The translations under genes were made by a program, and so were the position numbers. 64,000 nucleotides of DNA from Macrostomum lignano. Lineage: Eukaryota. The notes under the pieces are model-generated. The model did not search any database and was not told the origin of the DNA. It worked only from the letters and a program-made list of their open reading frames with translations. Below, piece by piece: positions 40,356 through 53,819 of the stretch. The number at the start of each line of letters is the position of its first letter. The first letter of the stretch is position 1. Location of the stretch: contig NIVC01003145.1 of NCBI GenBank assembly GCA_002269645.1, positions 1 through 64,000 on the forward strand. The letters run 5' to 3'.

Positions 40356-40781
40356 AAGCAGCAACAGCAAATTGTTCTCACTTGTCTTCGCACTCGGGCC
40401 TCTCAACTCGGAGTGAGTCGCGCAGACCAGGTCAGACAAATTTCCGCCACCAACCCAACAGAGAGCAGGTACATCGGCAATCCACAGGCAGTCACCTTCC
40501 TGGGCGTGTCCCTTCTCACCGCCGTATTCTTCAATTGCTTGCTCGGGTTGGTGGCCGTCTGCCTGTCGCTCCGGTCGCACGCCTGGTACAGACGGTCCGG
40601 AGTCGACGATGTGCTGAGACCCATCGACGAGCTGGCGCTGGGGCGGGCCAGGCAGCTGGGCTACGCGGCCTGCGGCGTCAGCCTGATCGCGATCGCTGCC
40701 ACCATGCTGGCGGTGGCTGCCCTGCTGGCTGCCGCTGCGTCCGCGTCCGGTCAGGGATTTTTTGCTGATAATCTCGACTGA
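40356..40781 (+). CDS. CD225/dispanin-like membrane protein exon 2
   Basis: Branch-like CTAAT and acceptor CCGCAG|AAG, phase 0. PQAVTFLGVSLLTAVFFNCLLGLVAVCLS...ARQLGYAACGVSLIAIAATMLAVAALL fits the CD225 two-hydrophobic-segment pattern. Family assigned from motif recall. Confidence 0.7.
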   Translation, partial: KQQQQIVLTCLRTRASQLGVSRADQVRQISATNPTESRYIGNPQAVTFLGVSLLTAVFFNCLLGLVAVCLSLRSHAWYRRSGVDDVLRPIDELALGRARQLGYAACGVSLIAIAATMLAVAALLAAAASASGQGFFADNLD

Positions 40782-40959
40782 CTCTCTTGCTACTAATATT
40801 ATTGGACACCTGCATGTACTCGGCAACATTGAAAAATCGCCACTCTATGCGCCAGTGAGCAATTTCTATTGTACTATTCTGAAAGGGAGGGTGACATGTG
40901 TATTTTTGGCAAGTGTGGAAATAAGCGCGCCACAGAGGCACACGCGCAAAAACCACAGT

Positions 40960-41085
40960 AACTTTACCGCGCAGGCCCCATTTTTACGGCTGAGACATAA
41001 GCGCACAGGCCCCATTTTTACGGCTGAGACATAAGCGCGCAGGCCCCATTTTTACGACTGAGACATAAGCGCGGAGGCGATTTTT
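40960..41085. repeat. ~37-bp tandem repeat (3-4 units)
   Basis: GCGCAGGCCCCATTTTTACGGCTGAGACATAA units. Confidence 0.85.
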
Positions 41086-41306
41086 ACGACTATACGGCAG
41101 AAAGTCCCGAAGCTGATGGTCCGGCACAAAGTCAGGAAGCTTTATTTTCTCTATATCTATTTTTCACAAAGTTAAAATGTTCAGACTTAAAATGTTAAAA
41201 TTTTGCGATTAAAAATAGTAACATGTTCCGATTTAAAATGGTAAAATGTTCAGTAGCTAAGAATAGAACCACATGTTATGCAAGTTTAGGCCGGGTTTTG
41301 ATGGTC

Positions 41307-41750
41307 TGTCACTGGCTGCAGCTGATAGTCCGGTACTGGCTGCAGCTGATAGTCCGGCACTGGCTGCAGCTGATAGTCCGGCACTGGCTGCAGCTGATAG
41401 TCCGGCACTGGCTGCAGCTGATAGTCCGGCACTGGCTGCAGTTGATAGTCCGGCACTGGCTGCAGCTGATGGTCCGGCACTGGCTGCAGCTGATAGTCCG
41501 GCACTGGCTGCAGTTGATAGTCCGGTACTGGCTGCAGCTGATGGTCCGGCACTGGCTGCAGCTGATAGTCCGGCACTGGCTGCAGTTGATGGTCCAGAAC
41601 TGGCTGCAGCTGATGGTCCGGCACTGCTGCAGCTGATGGTCCGGCATTGGCTGCAGCTGATGATCCAGCACTGCTGCAGCTGATGGTCCGGCACTGGCTG
41701 CAGCTGATGGTCCGGCACTGGCTGCAGCTGATGATCCAGCACTGGCTGCT
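41307..41750. repeat. 24-bp minisatellite
   Basis: ACTGGCTGCAGCTGATAGTCCGGC units, about 18 copies. Confidence 0.95.
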
Positions 41751-42509
41751 CTGAGGCCGGGCGAACGGTGTCCACCACCTTCTTGGTAACGTGTGACAAC
41801 AGTGAACAGTCTCTTCGACTGCAGCAGCGACTTGTGTTTTAATCGCCGAACTTTTCGCCCCCCTCATCCTTTGGCAGTCTTGCCCGTGTTTTTTAATCGC
41901 TTTCATGAGGCTGTCCAGGTAAAACCCACAAATTAGGGTGCCTTAATCAGTCGTGACAGGTCCCGGTGGTAGAACTCAATATCGCAGTTTATGTCATGCG
42001 CGCTTAATCATGCGTCCCTTCTGAAATAAAAGATGCGAGAAAACTGATCGGGGTAGCTTTAATCCGTCCAATCCTCGCACACCGATCCCCCAATTTCATT
42101 CCTCAACTCAAGTCTGCAGCGCGGCGTAGCTGAGTTGCGTCACTCGCAAAGATTGAGAGAGACTTTACCTGCACTCTTAAAAGTGGCGACGACAGACGGA
42201 ATCTTCTGTGATGGCGAATTTTTTATGTTGCTGACGAGTATCAAGGAGACCTACATTTACGCTCGTAGAATCAAAGTTTGGAAATAAACAAACTTACCTT
42301 GAGTACAATTTCGACGATAAAGACGTACTTGAAAATTACGCCTGACGAATGCCGACGAATAAAAGCTTTTTTACATGCAGCTGTACTTCGCAGATAATTT
42401 GTTTTTTTTAAATGTCATTTACTAGCGTCTGTTTACGTTGACTCAAAAGTAACTCAATTTGTCATCGACATCGCCTCCTGAGTGCATACAAGCGTGCCAA
42501 TTTACCGGT

Positions 42510-42567
42510 ACAACAACAACAAAAACAACAACAACAACAACAACAACAACAAAAACAACAACAACAA
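42510..42567. repeat. (AAC)n microsatellite
   Basis: Direct inspection. Confidence 0.9.
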
Positions 42568-43147
42568 AAGACGTTGTCAGTCAGTCAGCAGACAATGTCA
42601 CAAGGCGCGTTTCAAGGCCTTGGCGCGAACGTAGGCCGCGCCGCCGGCGTGTCCGGGCCGCCGGCATCAGCCAGCAGGCAGTGCGCGCCTGCCCCCGCCG
42701 GTAGGGTGCCTGCAGCGTCAGCAGCAGCACCTCCTGCACCGGCTGTGGGCAGTATACGACTCGGCTCGGATGAAATGGCCTGCTAGCTGGAGTCGCCGAC
42801 GGCGCAACAGTTGGCTGGGACGGGACAGGCCGGTGCGGTGATGGAGTGCCGTATTGGTGACTCGCTCGTAGCCGATCTTGTGCCCAGTATCTTACCGGTA
42901 CGCAGGCACGCACTCGTGCACACGCTCACACAGGGTTTGTGCAGCGGCCCTGACTAATCGTCAGGCATGTGCACTTTTTGCCTTTACGGGTGGCTGTCAT
43001 GAATGTAAATGGCATGACTCCACAGGAAATTTTCTTGCCCAAGCAACAAATGATCGATGTGACCGAAAAGTTAAGCTCAAAAACCAATGGGCTTATACCA
43101 ATGCCCATTTCTTGTTTGTGCTGCTGCAGGTCTTAGCTTTTTGACTA

Positions 43148-43438
43148 AACAATAATAATAATCATTGATTACTGCCGCAGCTATTGCGCGGCGCATCTGG
43201 AGGCTGCCTACGGCTGTTCAGTCCAAGGACTTGGGGGAGGGGGGTCGCCACACACGTACAACCCTCAATTACCCCAGCTAATGCTGGCACCCATTTTACA
43301 GCTGGGTAAACTGAAGCAATGCAGAGTGAATTGTCTTGGTCAAGGACACAAATTGATCCAAGTGGATCGAGAATCGAACCCCTGACCTTTCAGCAGTCGT
43401 GTGAGTTCGACGCTCTGACCACCAGGCTACAACCCCCG
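43148..43438 (-). mobile_element. tRNA-derived CORE-type SINE
   Basis: Minus-strand A box TAGCCTGGTGG (43419-43429) and B box GGTTCGATTC (43371-43380). MIR-like CORE CCCATTTTACAG..G.AAACTGA.GC...CAAGG.CACA at 43290-43350 on the + reading. (TTA)n-type tail. Confidence 0.8.
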
Positions 43439-46227
43439 TAAATGTTCATGTAATAAATCGATACTTTATTCTTTACTTAAATACAATTGAGCTTGTCGAA
43501 GTTGTCGTAGATATAATGCAAAGTTTAACTGCTGTACATGCCTGCACGTATAAACATTGTAAAATTATGAAAGGCAACGGTAGAATTCTGTTAGCATCAC
43601 TTAAATTTCAATAAATATTTTTATTAATTTAACAGAATTTAGCCTTTAGTACGGAAGCAATTGTCTTTACTCTACCATCAAAACAGAATATGCTGATTTT
43701 ATTTTTTTACCGAGTATTCTTTGAAAAAAGTTTGAAACAAATTGGTATAGCTTAGCAGCTGAGCACAGGCAAAAACGAGCAGAAAATGAAGCGATCAAAA
43801 AAATTAAAATTTTTCCACATAGCATAACATGAAGCGACTCAATTGAAAAAAGAACACAGACTGAGAGCACGCCATAAATATTGGTCCAGAAAATTGGCTA
43901 CAAAAATATAATTAACCAAACCAACAAACACGGACAATCCCAGTTTAGCCACACTGCCATTGTCACTTACAAGCACAATACAAGAGAGATATGCACTAAA
44001 TATAATACACGATATCCTGATTACCGATAAAAGTCAATAACACAAAACAATATGATAAAACACGTCATCAAATATTTGGACTATAAATGAGTACAATTTT
44101 GAAAGTCGTTTAATGCAAAAGCTTTATCCAAATGCCCATAGCCCCCAAAGTAGCTCGCGCAGTGTGCTGTCATTATTGGGACCTTGAAAAATTGCGTGCA
44201 TTTTGTTTTACTGCAGACACGAAAAAATGAAATGGGTTATATTATTTTTTCTTTACTTAAACAAGCATAGCTCGTATAGCAATATAGACAAAATCAAAGC
44301 GGCTGTAAAAGTCTATAATTTCAGATCTTAAAATATTATGCTCCATCAAATGAACGCCTTATGTGTGGAGCAAATTGTTATTGGTGAGCCAAAGCCGAAG
44401 AAAAACTTCAAGCAAAAATATCTTTGGAAACTGTTTTATTACCAGGAGTAGTAATGAAGCATAATTAATTAAGATTTATTAACGCATGCAGTCTAAAGTG
44501 AAGCAATTCTGCAGTCAGCAGTTGATTGTTTGTAACAAAAAACTTGCGGAAGATACAGTATTCTCTACTTGGGCCTTCTGATGAAGACATTTCTTAAATT
44601 ATTTTTTGACGCAGTTAATACATCGAATTGCAGCAATTTTACAAGAAGTCTCAGATACGATATCTTTGGTACATTTTTAGCAAAAAAAAACAATTGAGGG
44701 CCGATTAATGAACGTTCAGCAAAAAGAAAAAGTACAGCAACTAATCGTAAAAGTACAAAGTCAGCGAAATGATTTTGTTTCAAAATGAAACTCGGCAACA
44801 GACAACAGCTAGAACAGTCTTTGTTCAAAGTAGACTACATATGCATCAAAATCAGCGAAACGAATTCGCACGCATTCAAACAAAAAATTACTCTGTACAG
44901 GCAGCTGTAAGTGACGCGTTAAAGCATTTTTTAGTAGTTCATAAAGCTTTAACAAAACAGGTTAAACAAAAAGCTGTTAAGTACTTTAGTTAGTGAGCAA
45001 AACAATAAAGAATAACAAAAATCAAAAGTACACAGTTTAAAAATAGAATAGCCTTTTTTCTTTTTAATTTTTAAGGAACTGCATTGAAAATTTTGGTTAG
45101 CTATGAGTAACTCTGCTCAAAGAGTTGAGCTGTTTTCCAGCTCCCTAGGTTATAATAAAGTGCAAGCACTCAGCAGATCGCAATACAGTAAAACGCGTGA
45201 AAATTCCCATGAAATTATGTAGTGAAGCCTAATTATTAATTTTAGCACAGAGTTAAATTAATATGTTTTATCTAAATCTGTAAAATATGATTTGTCGTAA
45301 CTTATAGGTTATTGATACGGTGTAAAACATGCAATTGAAAAGTAAACAACAACAAAGTGAACATGAATACATGTTCACTTTGTTCACTTCACTATCACCT
45401 GAAAAAAACGTTTAGTATAGCAATTCTTTTTGCGGTTTACGAAGAGAGGACCTGCTTTACGAGACTCATACAATTTTTAGTGAAGTTATTTACAAATATT
45501 GTGACAGTAATTTGGTAAGCTACACTTATTGGGGTGCCGCGCAGTTCCACCGCACGCGGACCGTTCCGCAAGAAAAACAGCTCAACTTTTCAGATAATCT
45601 GTCATGTTGTTGTTCTCTGGCTAATGATTGATAATTGCTTCGACGATGGTAGGCTGCAATTGTTCAAGTGGTAAATTTCGCATTTTTGTGGTATAAAACA
45701 ATTATAATAAATATTAATAGTCGCAGGAGGCCTGTGGGCACAATGGCTTTCGGCGACATCGGTCCCACAAGCTCAGCGCTGAGCCAATTCTGCCCATTCC
45801 GCTGACTCCTAAGTGGTCTTGACTTTCTAATCGTCAGGCGTGTGCACTTCTGTGCCTTGGAGGTTGGCACTCGTGTGTCAATCGTTACACGACAACTCCT
45901 AGCTAATTTTCGCGCTCCCAAAGCAGCACCAAATTAACGTGTGCATGTCTACATTATAATTTGGGGCTTGTTCACGCATGAAAAGTACGCGTAGTTGAAT
46001 GAAAGTACATGTAAGCCATCTCCTAAACACAACGGATTGGGCAGATCTCTGCACATCCTCGTTGGCTGCCTGGCCGACTGTCGCGACCAACTCACTCCGC
46101 ATTCGAAAGACGAATGACTAACAAAATAATACTTACATTGTTTTAAGCATCCGTTCAGCCTTAATTGTATCATCGAATAGATAAGCCGTTAGTTATACTC
46201 GATACTGTTGCACGATGAGCTACTGCG

Positions 46228-46675
46228 TTAATATGGTGAAAATTTCTGGTTGCGCCGCTGCACGGACAGTGCTGGTTTCAGTTTGGTTGTTAGCGGGGAT
46301 TGAGACTGCTGCTGCTGCTGCTGCTGATGAGGCTGAGGGGCCTGCGATTGCTGCTGCTGCAGATGCTGCACTGGCTCGGATGTAACAGTTGGCATCACTT
46401 GAGGCGGCTGCGACTGCGGCATAGTCATCTGGGTTGGCAATACACTGCATATTGGCTGGCCAAAATAGGGCAGATCGATGAAGCTCTGCGGCTGCTGCGC
46501 CGGAGCTGTCGGCTGCTGCACCGATCGGAACATGAAACCGGAAGCAGCGGCCGCTGATGTGACTGGCGGAGGCGGCGGGGCCAGCGGGGGCGGCATGCCG
46601 ATGGTTGCAGGGTTGACGCCAAACCCGGCACAGACGGCCATGTTTAGAGCCAGGAGTTGACGATGCAATTCGATG
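46228..46675 (-). CDS. PCBP: PCBP-like KH protein exon 10 (terminal; ends RNQKFSPY)
   Basis: Acceptor CCCAG|C, phase 2. Pro/Gln-rich; the C-terminal QKFSPY resembles the vertebrate PCBP3-type end as I recall it. Confidence 0.85.
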
Positions 46676-46794
46676 CTGGGCGAGGATATAGCAATGCGTG
46701 AAGGATTTGTTATCGATCTTTACTAGTTTTACTCATTGTTAATAAAGAAAAATTTCAACCTAAAGAAAAGTACAAATAACGACCAAAGCCTCAT

Positions 46795-47035
46795 AGGGGC
46801 AAGTCTCATGGGAGCGCAAGTCTCATGGGAGCGCAAGTCTCATGGGAGCGCAAGTCTCATGGGAGGGCAAGTGTCATAGGAGGGGGCAAGTCTCAAGGGA
46901 GGGCAAGTCTTAGGGGAGGGCAAGTCTCACGGGAGGGCAAGTCTCATGGGAGGGGGCAAGTCTCATGGGAGGGCAAGTCTCAGGGGAGGCCAAGTCTCAA
47001 TGGAGGCCAAGTCTCATTGGAGGCCAAGTCTCAAG
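46795..47035. repeat. ~19-bp GGCAAGTCTCA repeat in PCBP intron 9
   Basis: Direct inspection. Confidence 0.9.
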
Positions 47036-47126
47036 TTTTTCAGAGCCTGATTTCCTTGCTTTAATGAATGGCATTCATTTTGTGTACATCCGGCATATTT
47101 GTATATCATTCGCGGTACCGTGCTCA

Positions 47127-47627
<501 letters not shown>

Positions 47628-48041
47628 TCAAAATCTTTGTTTAGTTGCTTGCTGTAATTTCTAATATTCTTGAAATTTATTTTACCATAACTATACGCTC
47701 GTATTTAAGCTTTTGATTAGCTGCAATTTTTTGACAACAATTTTTGACAACACCGACGAAAATAGCAATGGTGCCTACTGATAGTAATAAATCTTGAGTG
47801 AGAAAATAATTAGGTGAAAGTAAATTTTTTCCTTCCACATGCTCCTCGTCTTCTTGGTTGTGAAAATACATAAATTTATTACAAGCGTGCAATTTGTAGA
47901 GGAAAGGTGATAAATAAAAACTTACTCAATAGATAAATGGGTAAATTTAGTTATTAGGTAAAGAACTAGATCAAGCAGTAAAAAGTTGTACGCATCGATA
48001 GGTTAGTAGTAATAAAAACAATCTGCATTTGTTCAACGTAC

Positions 48042-48105
48042 CAGGAATGGCAGCCGGGTACGGCAAACCCAGAGAAACATTAACAGGGGTGGCTGACTTG
48101 TTAAG
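48042..48105 (-). CDS. PCBP: PCBP-like exon 8 (64-nt linker exon)
   Basis: TTTACAG|CTT...CCTG|GTACGT; provides the phase 0 to phase 1 change required between exons 7 and 9. Confidence 0.75.
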
Positions 48106-49429
48106 CTGTAAAGAGAAAATGAAGGTTAAAAATAGGAAGGGTAGGATTGGGGTCTAATCAGCATGGGGTTGGTTTGGCTTGAAAAACGCATGTCAAATCG
48201 CTTAAGCGAAAATGGGGTGGGTAAGAGTCAGCCAATAGCGTGCTGGATAGGGGATAGGGTTTGCGTACAAATGCTGGAATTCCGGGAGGTAGATTGGCGA
48301 AGGATAGAATGTACGCACTGGGATGTACATTGTTGGACTGAATTTATACAGTAGTTAATTTAAAGAAATTGGGAAGAGGAATTTGGCATCAATTGGCACC
48401 ACATGGACACAGCTGGTTTTCCGGTATTCTATTTTTAGAAACAGGAATCTAAAGTCAATAAAGAATCTTAGAGCAGCTTTTAAATTTAGATTCTTGAAAA
48501 TATTTTATCTGTTATACTTATAGATTTCCCTAAAATCTTTAGGACCAGATTTTCCTATACTATTAAACAGACCATTTAACAATTCTCTCAACAACTACAC
48601 AATTGGCTGAGATTCCCGAGAATGCAAGCAAAATTCGTTAGCTCAGTCACCAATTCGATGACAGACGATTGTAAGATAATCATCTGCATTAATCTGCGGC
48701 GTTTAAAAAGGAATTGTTGTTGAAACAAAACTTTTAGTAGGTTTTTTGGCAATTAAATAATGCAAAAATTGAATAAAACCGATCGGGGATCTTTCACACG
48801 GGATCTTCAAACTTCGTTAAATAGACATGACAGGAAAAAGTGCATTTCACCTATGGAGATAATTTGCAAGCCGGGGTTGCTTAATTAGATCGGATATCAA
48901 TGCCGCACGGGCCAGATAAAGATTTTGAAAGCAAGCGGTTGCACTCGAATCAGGAGAGTTAAAAATTATTGCTTAAAATCCACTGCAGTGGATTATTAAC
49001 CACTGCAGTTTCACTGACTTAAAAACACAACTATTCTACTTGCATTTGATAATCTAGTAGTATCGGACGCAAATTAGTTGCATAGAGTTTATTAAATATT
49101 CGTTTGGTAAAGTTTGTGCGATAATGCTCGCTGCAAAATGGCGGCAATAGCAATTATAGTTTAAGTTAGAATATCTGTGTCAGATATAAGGAGAAATATT
49201 GCAACTTGCAACGGCAAGTTCGAGACGCCCAGCTTATAATTAGGGTAGAAAGTTGGGAGTTGAAAACCACTCGGAGGTCCTGTTCCAGGTCCTGTGCCTC
49301 TATTGCACTTATTGTGGCAAAGCTGATTAGGAAATCCATTCAACATCCGTTCACCATTTCATACTGACCCTAAAATCTACTAAAGATTTTGTTCCCTAAT
49401 CCACCTCAAACTCTACTCTCAAATCCACT

Positions 49430-50163
49430 TTTAACTCTACTCTCCAATCTACTCTAAACTCTACTCTCCCATCTACTCTAAACTCTACTCTCCAATCTAC
49501 TCTAAACTCTACTCTCCCATCTACTCTAAACTCTAACTCTCCAATCTACTCTAAAATCTACTCTCCAATCTACTCTAAACTCTACTCTCCAATCTACTCT
49601 AAACTCTACTCTCCAATCTACTCTAAACTCTACTCTCCAATCTACTCTAAACTCTAATCTCCAATCTACTCTTAACTCTACTCTCCAATCTACTCTTAAC
49701 TCTACTCTCCAATCTACTCTTAACTCTACTCTCCTATCTACTCTTAACTCTACTCTCCAATCTACTCTTAACTCTACTCTCCAATCTACTCTTAACTCTA
49801 CTCTCCTATCTACTCTTAACTCTACTCTCCAATCTACTCTTAATTCTACTCCCCAATCTACTCTAAACTCTAATCTCCAATCTACTCTTAACTCTACTCT
49901 CCAATCTACTCTAAACTCTAATCTCTAATCTACTCTTAACTCTACTCTCCAATCTACTCTAAACTCTAATCTCCAATCTACTCTTAACTCTACTCTCCAA
50001 TTTACTCTTAATTCTACTCTCCAATCTACTCTTAACTCTACTCTCCAATCTACTCTTAACTCTACTCTCCAATCTACTCTAAACTCTACTCTCTCATCTA
50101 CTCTTAACTCTACTCTCTAATCTACTCTAAACTCTACTCTCCAATCTACTCTTAACTCTACTC
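49430..50163. repeat. 24-bp CTCTACTCTCCAATCTACTCTTAA minisatellite in PCBP intron 7
   Basis: Direct inspection. Confidence 0.95.
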
Positions 50164-50344
50164 TTATAAAAGCATATTTATAACATGTCTCCTAAAGTGT
50201 AGATGACGCTGAAATCACGCACTACATGGGAATCAAGGTGACTCAACATTCCAAAATCTAACAAACAGAGCCGAGCATCGCAAGTCAGCCAACAGCCATG
50301 CTATAAAAAGGCAGACAGCGCAAAAGCCCAATAACAAAACTTAC

Positions 50345-50566
50345 GTCCGGCGCAAACGTCATTGGCGCACCGGCTGCGGCACCGGCCTGCGCCAACAGCT
50401 GACCCGGGTGAAAGCCGTTGCCAAGCGGATGGTGCTGCTGCTGATGCTGATGAGGATTCGGATTCAGATGCGGATGAGGCGGCCCTGGCGGCTGAAGCTG
50501 AGGCTGTTGCGCTGCTAGCATCATGGGCTTCGGTCGGTAGGGAATCGTGGCGCCCTTCGCTGGAGA
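50345..50566 (-). CDS. PCBP: PCBP-like exon 7
   Basis: SPAKGATIPYRPKP (PCBP SPxKGxTIPY motif); CTCAG|TCT and GAC|GTAAGT. Confidence 0.88.
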
Positions 50567-50662
50567 CTGAGCGCGAGGCAGAGGAGTTGAATTTGTCTCA
50601 ATGAATTGCTAATTAGAGTTACATGTGAGAGATTTGTATAGTAGACATCTTTATTCTGAGAG

Positions 50663-51445
50663 CAGGGACGTAGCGCTCATTTGGCGCAGGCACTCATTTT
50701 GGCGCCGCAGGCACTCCTTTTAGCGTCACAGGCACTCCTTTTGGCGCCGCAGGCATTCCTTTTAGCGCCACAGGCACTCATGCATTTTGGCGCCGCAGGC
50801 ACTCCTTTTAGCGCCACAGGCACTCCTTTTAGCGCCTCAGGCAATCCTTTTAGCGCCACAGACACTCATGCATTTTAGCGCCACAGGCACTCCTTTTGGC
50901 GCCGCAGGCACTCCTTTTAGCGCCGCAGGCACTCCTTTTGGCACCGCAGGCACTCCTTTTGGCGCCGCAGGCACTCCTTTTGGCACCGCAGGCACTCATT
51001 TTAGCGCCGCAGGCAATCCTTTTAGCGCCACAGACACTCATGCATTTTAGCGCCACAGGCACTCCTTTTGGCACCGCAGGCACTCCTTTTAGCGCCGCAG
51101 GCACTCCTTTTGGCACCGCAGGCACTCCTTTTAGCGCCGCAGGCACTCCTTTTGGCACCGCAGGCACTCATTTTAGCGCCGCAGGCATTCCTTTTAGCGC
51201 CGCAGACACTCCTGCATTTTGGCGCCGCAGACACTCCCTTTTGGCGCCGTAGGCACTCCTTTTAGCGCCGCAGACACTTATGCATTTTGGCGCCGAACGT
51301 GCTATATTTTGGCGCCCTGAAGAAAAATCATTGATTACCACAACGAGTCACAAAGTGGGGTGGGGGGGTGACAAAGCATTGGCATGTCCCCCCCCATAAC
51401 TTTTCCTCTTGTCCCTCTGCCCCCCCCCCGGTGGCGACGCGCCTG
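50663..51445. mobile_element. hAT-type MITE with internal 21-bp tandem expansion (PCBP intron 6)
   Basis: Imperfect TIR CAGGGACGTAGC / GCGACGCGCCTG, perfect 8-bp TSD TCTGAGAG (50655-50662, 51446-51453), and TTTTAGCGCCGCAGGCACTCC units. Confidence 0.85.
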
Positions 51446-51894
51446 TCTGAGAGAGATTTGTCTAATAGACATTTTCATTCGAATAGACATTCCTCTATTG
51501 CTTACAGATAAGTGTCAAACGAAGTTAAAGCTCGAATATTCGCCCTCATTTCTTAAAAAGATATTTCTTTAAAAAAAGGTACAAAATTTCTTGAACTTGC
51601 TTTAACTTCGAATATAGTGGAACGAATAACGGTAGAGTAGCTACTGAGGTACTGTAGTTCACTTTCCAAGAAGGCTATATATGCGACTATAGCCGGCTTG
51701 ATGAAACTGGCTTGTTTGTTAAGAAAACAGTTTTCTTAAAAGCGTCTCCGCCCCGTTGGGATCGATTCATAGAGGCGCTTAATCCCGATTTGAACGGATA
51801 AACTCTCTCTCTCTCTCCAGCGAGCTGGGTCCCATGCAGTAGGGGTTTCGCATGACGTCAGAGGACAATAAAAAAGCGGACACGTCGCTAATAC

Positions 51895-52023
51895 CTCCAG
51901 CAGGATGTGGCACAGCTGTTTGATGCACTTGGCGATGGCCTTTGCCGTGCCGGAGATGGTCACAGTTCGCTCGGAAGAATTCGGCAGCACTTCGCTGGCC
52001 ACTTGAATTGACGCTCCGGTTAG
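51895..52023 (-). CDS. PCBP: PCBP-like exon 6 (KH2 second half)
   Basis: LTGASIQVASEVLPNSSERTVTISGTAKAIAKCIKQLCHILLE; 129 bp, phase 0. Confidence 0.93.
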
Positions 52024-52174
52024 CTGGAGGCAATGAAGGAGTGCAGAATGTTTAAAACTACATAATGCTGCATGTTTATTTTGTAAATCCGTCTGGGAAT
52101 GCCAGATGGAAATTCTTGGATAATTGCTTTTAAGCAGGAAAATCTTCGAGGCATAGCTTCGTTGCGTGAGTCTA

Positions 52175-53059
<885 letters not shown>

Positions 53060-53269
53060 TCAAAATGGAACCGCGATGAAGCTGAGCTAACCAGCTGCCA
53101 TGGCTTAATCCAAAAATATCTCAATCTAGGATTTACTTGACTAGGAAGCTTCTAACAGGTGATTTTCTATTAATTATAATTGCTAAAAACTTAATTGAAC
53201 TGTAAGTGTTATTTTCCAGAAGGTATTGCATCTTAAACGTTTAATTACTCAGATAATTGATCAGAAAAA

Positions 53270-53705
53270 TATTTTACTTCTCAAACAAATAATTTCTCAA
53301 ACAGGTAATTGTTTAGATAGGTAATTGCCTAAGCAGAAAACTGCTGAGACATGTAATTGCTCAGACAGGTATTTGCTCAGATAGACAATTGCTCCGACAG
53401 GTAATTACTCAGACAGTTAATTACTCAGGCAGGTAATTGCTCAGACAGATAATTACTCAGGCAGGTAATTGCTCAGACAGGTAATTGCTCAGACAGATAA
53501 TTACTCAGGCAGGTAATTGCTCAGACAGGTATTTGCTCAGATAGACAATTGCTCCGACAGGTAATTGCTCAGACAGATAATTACTCAGGCAGCTAATTGC
53601 TCAGACAGGTAATTGCTCAGACAGATAATTACTCAGGCAGCTAATTGCTCAGACAGATAATTACTCAGGCAGCTAATTGCTCAGACAGGTAATTGCTCAG
53701 ACAGG
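53270..53705. repeat. 16-bp AGGTAATTGCTCAGAC repeat in PCBP intron 4
   Basis: Direct inspection. Confidence 0.9.
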
Positions 53706-53819
53706 TTCATTGCACAAGACAAACAATGTCTCGGACAAATAAGATTGCCTTGTCAAATGGTCAGACAGTCAAACTTGTCTCTATTGCAATTGTACTGCAG
53801 AAGAGTTAGCATCCTGTTC

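Noticed and set aside
42184-42200. PBS-like TGGCGACGAC suggesting a second LTR element
   Set aside because: Only about 9 nt match, no CA LTR end immediately upstream, and no convincing gag downstream.
42340-42365. Hammerhead-like CTGACGA core (also checked CTGATGA at about 44577 and 58777, and GACGAAAC in the 12.7-kb repeats)
   Set aside because: None has CTGANGA and GAAA joined by a stem II with closing helices.
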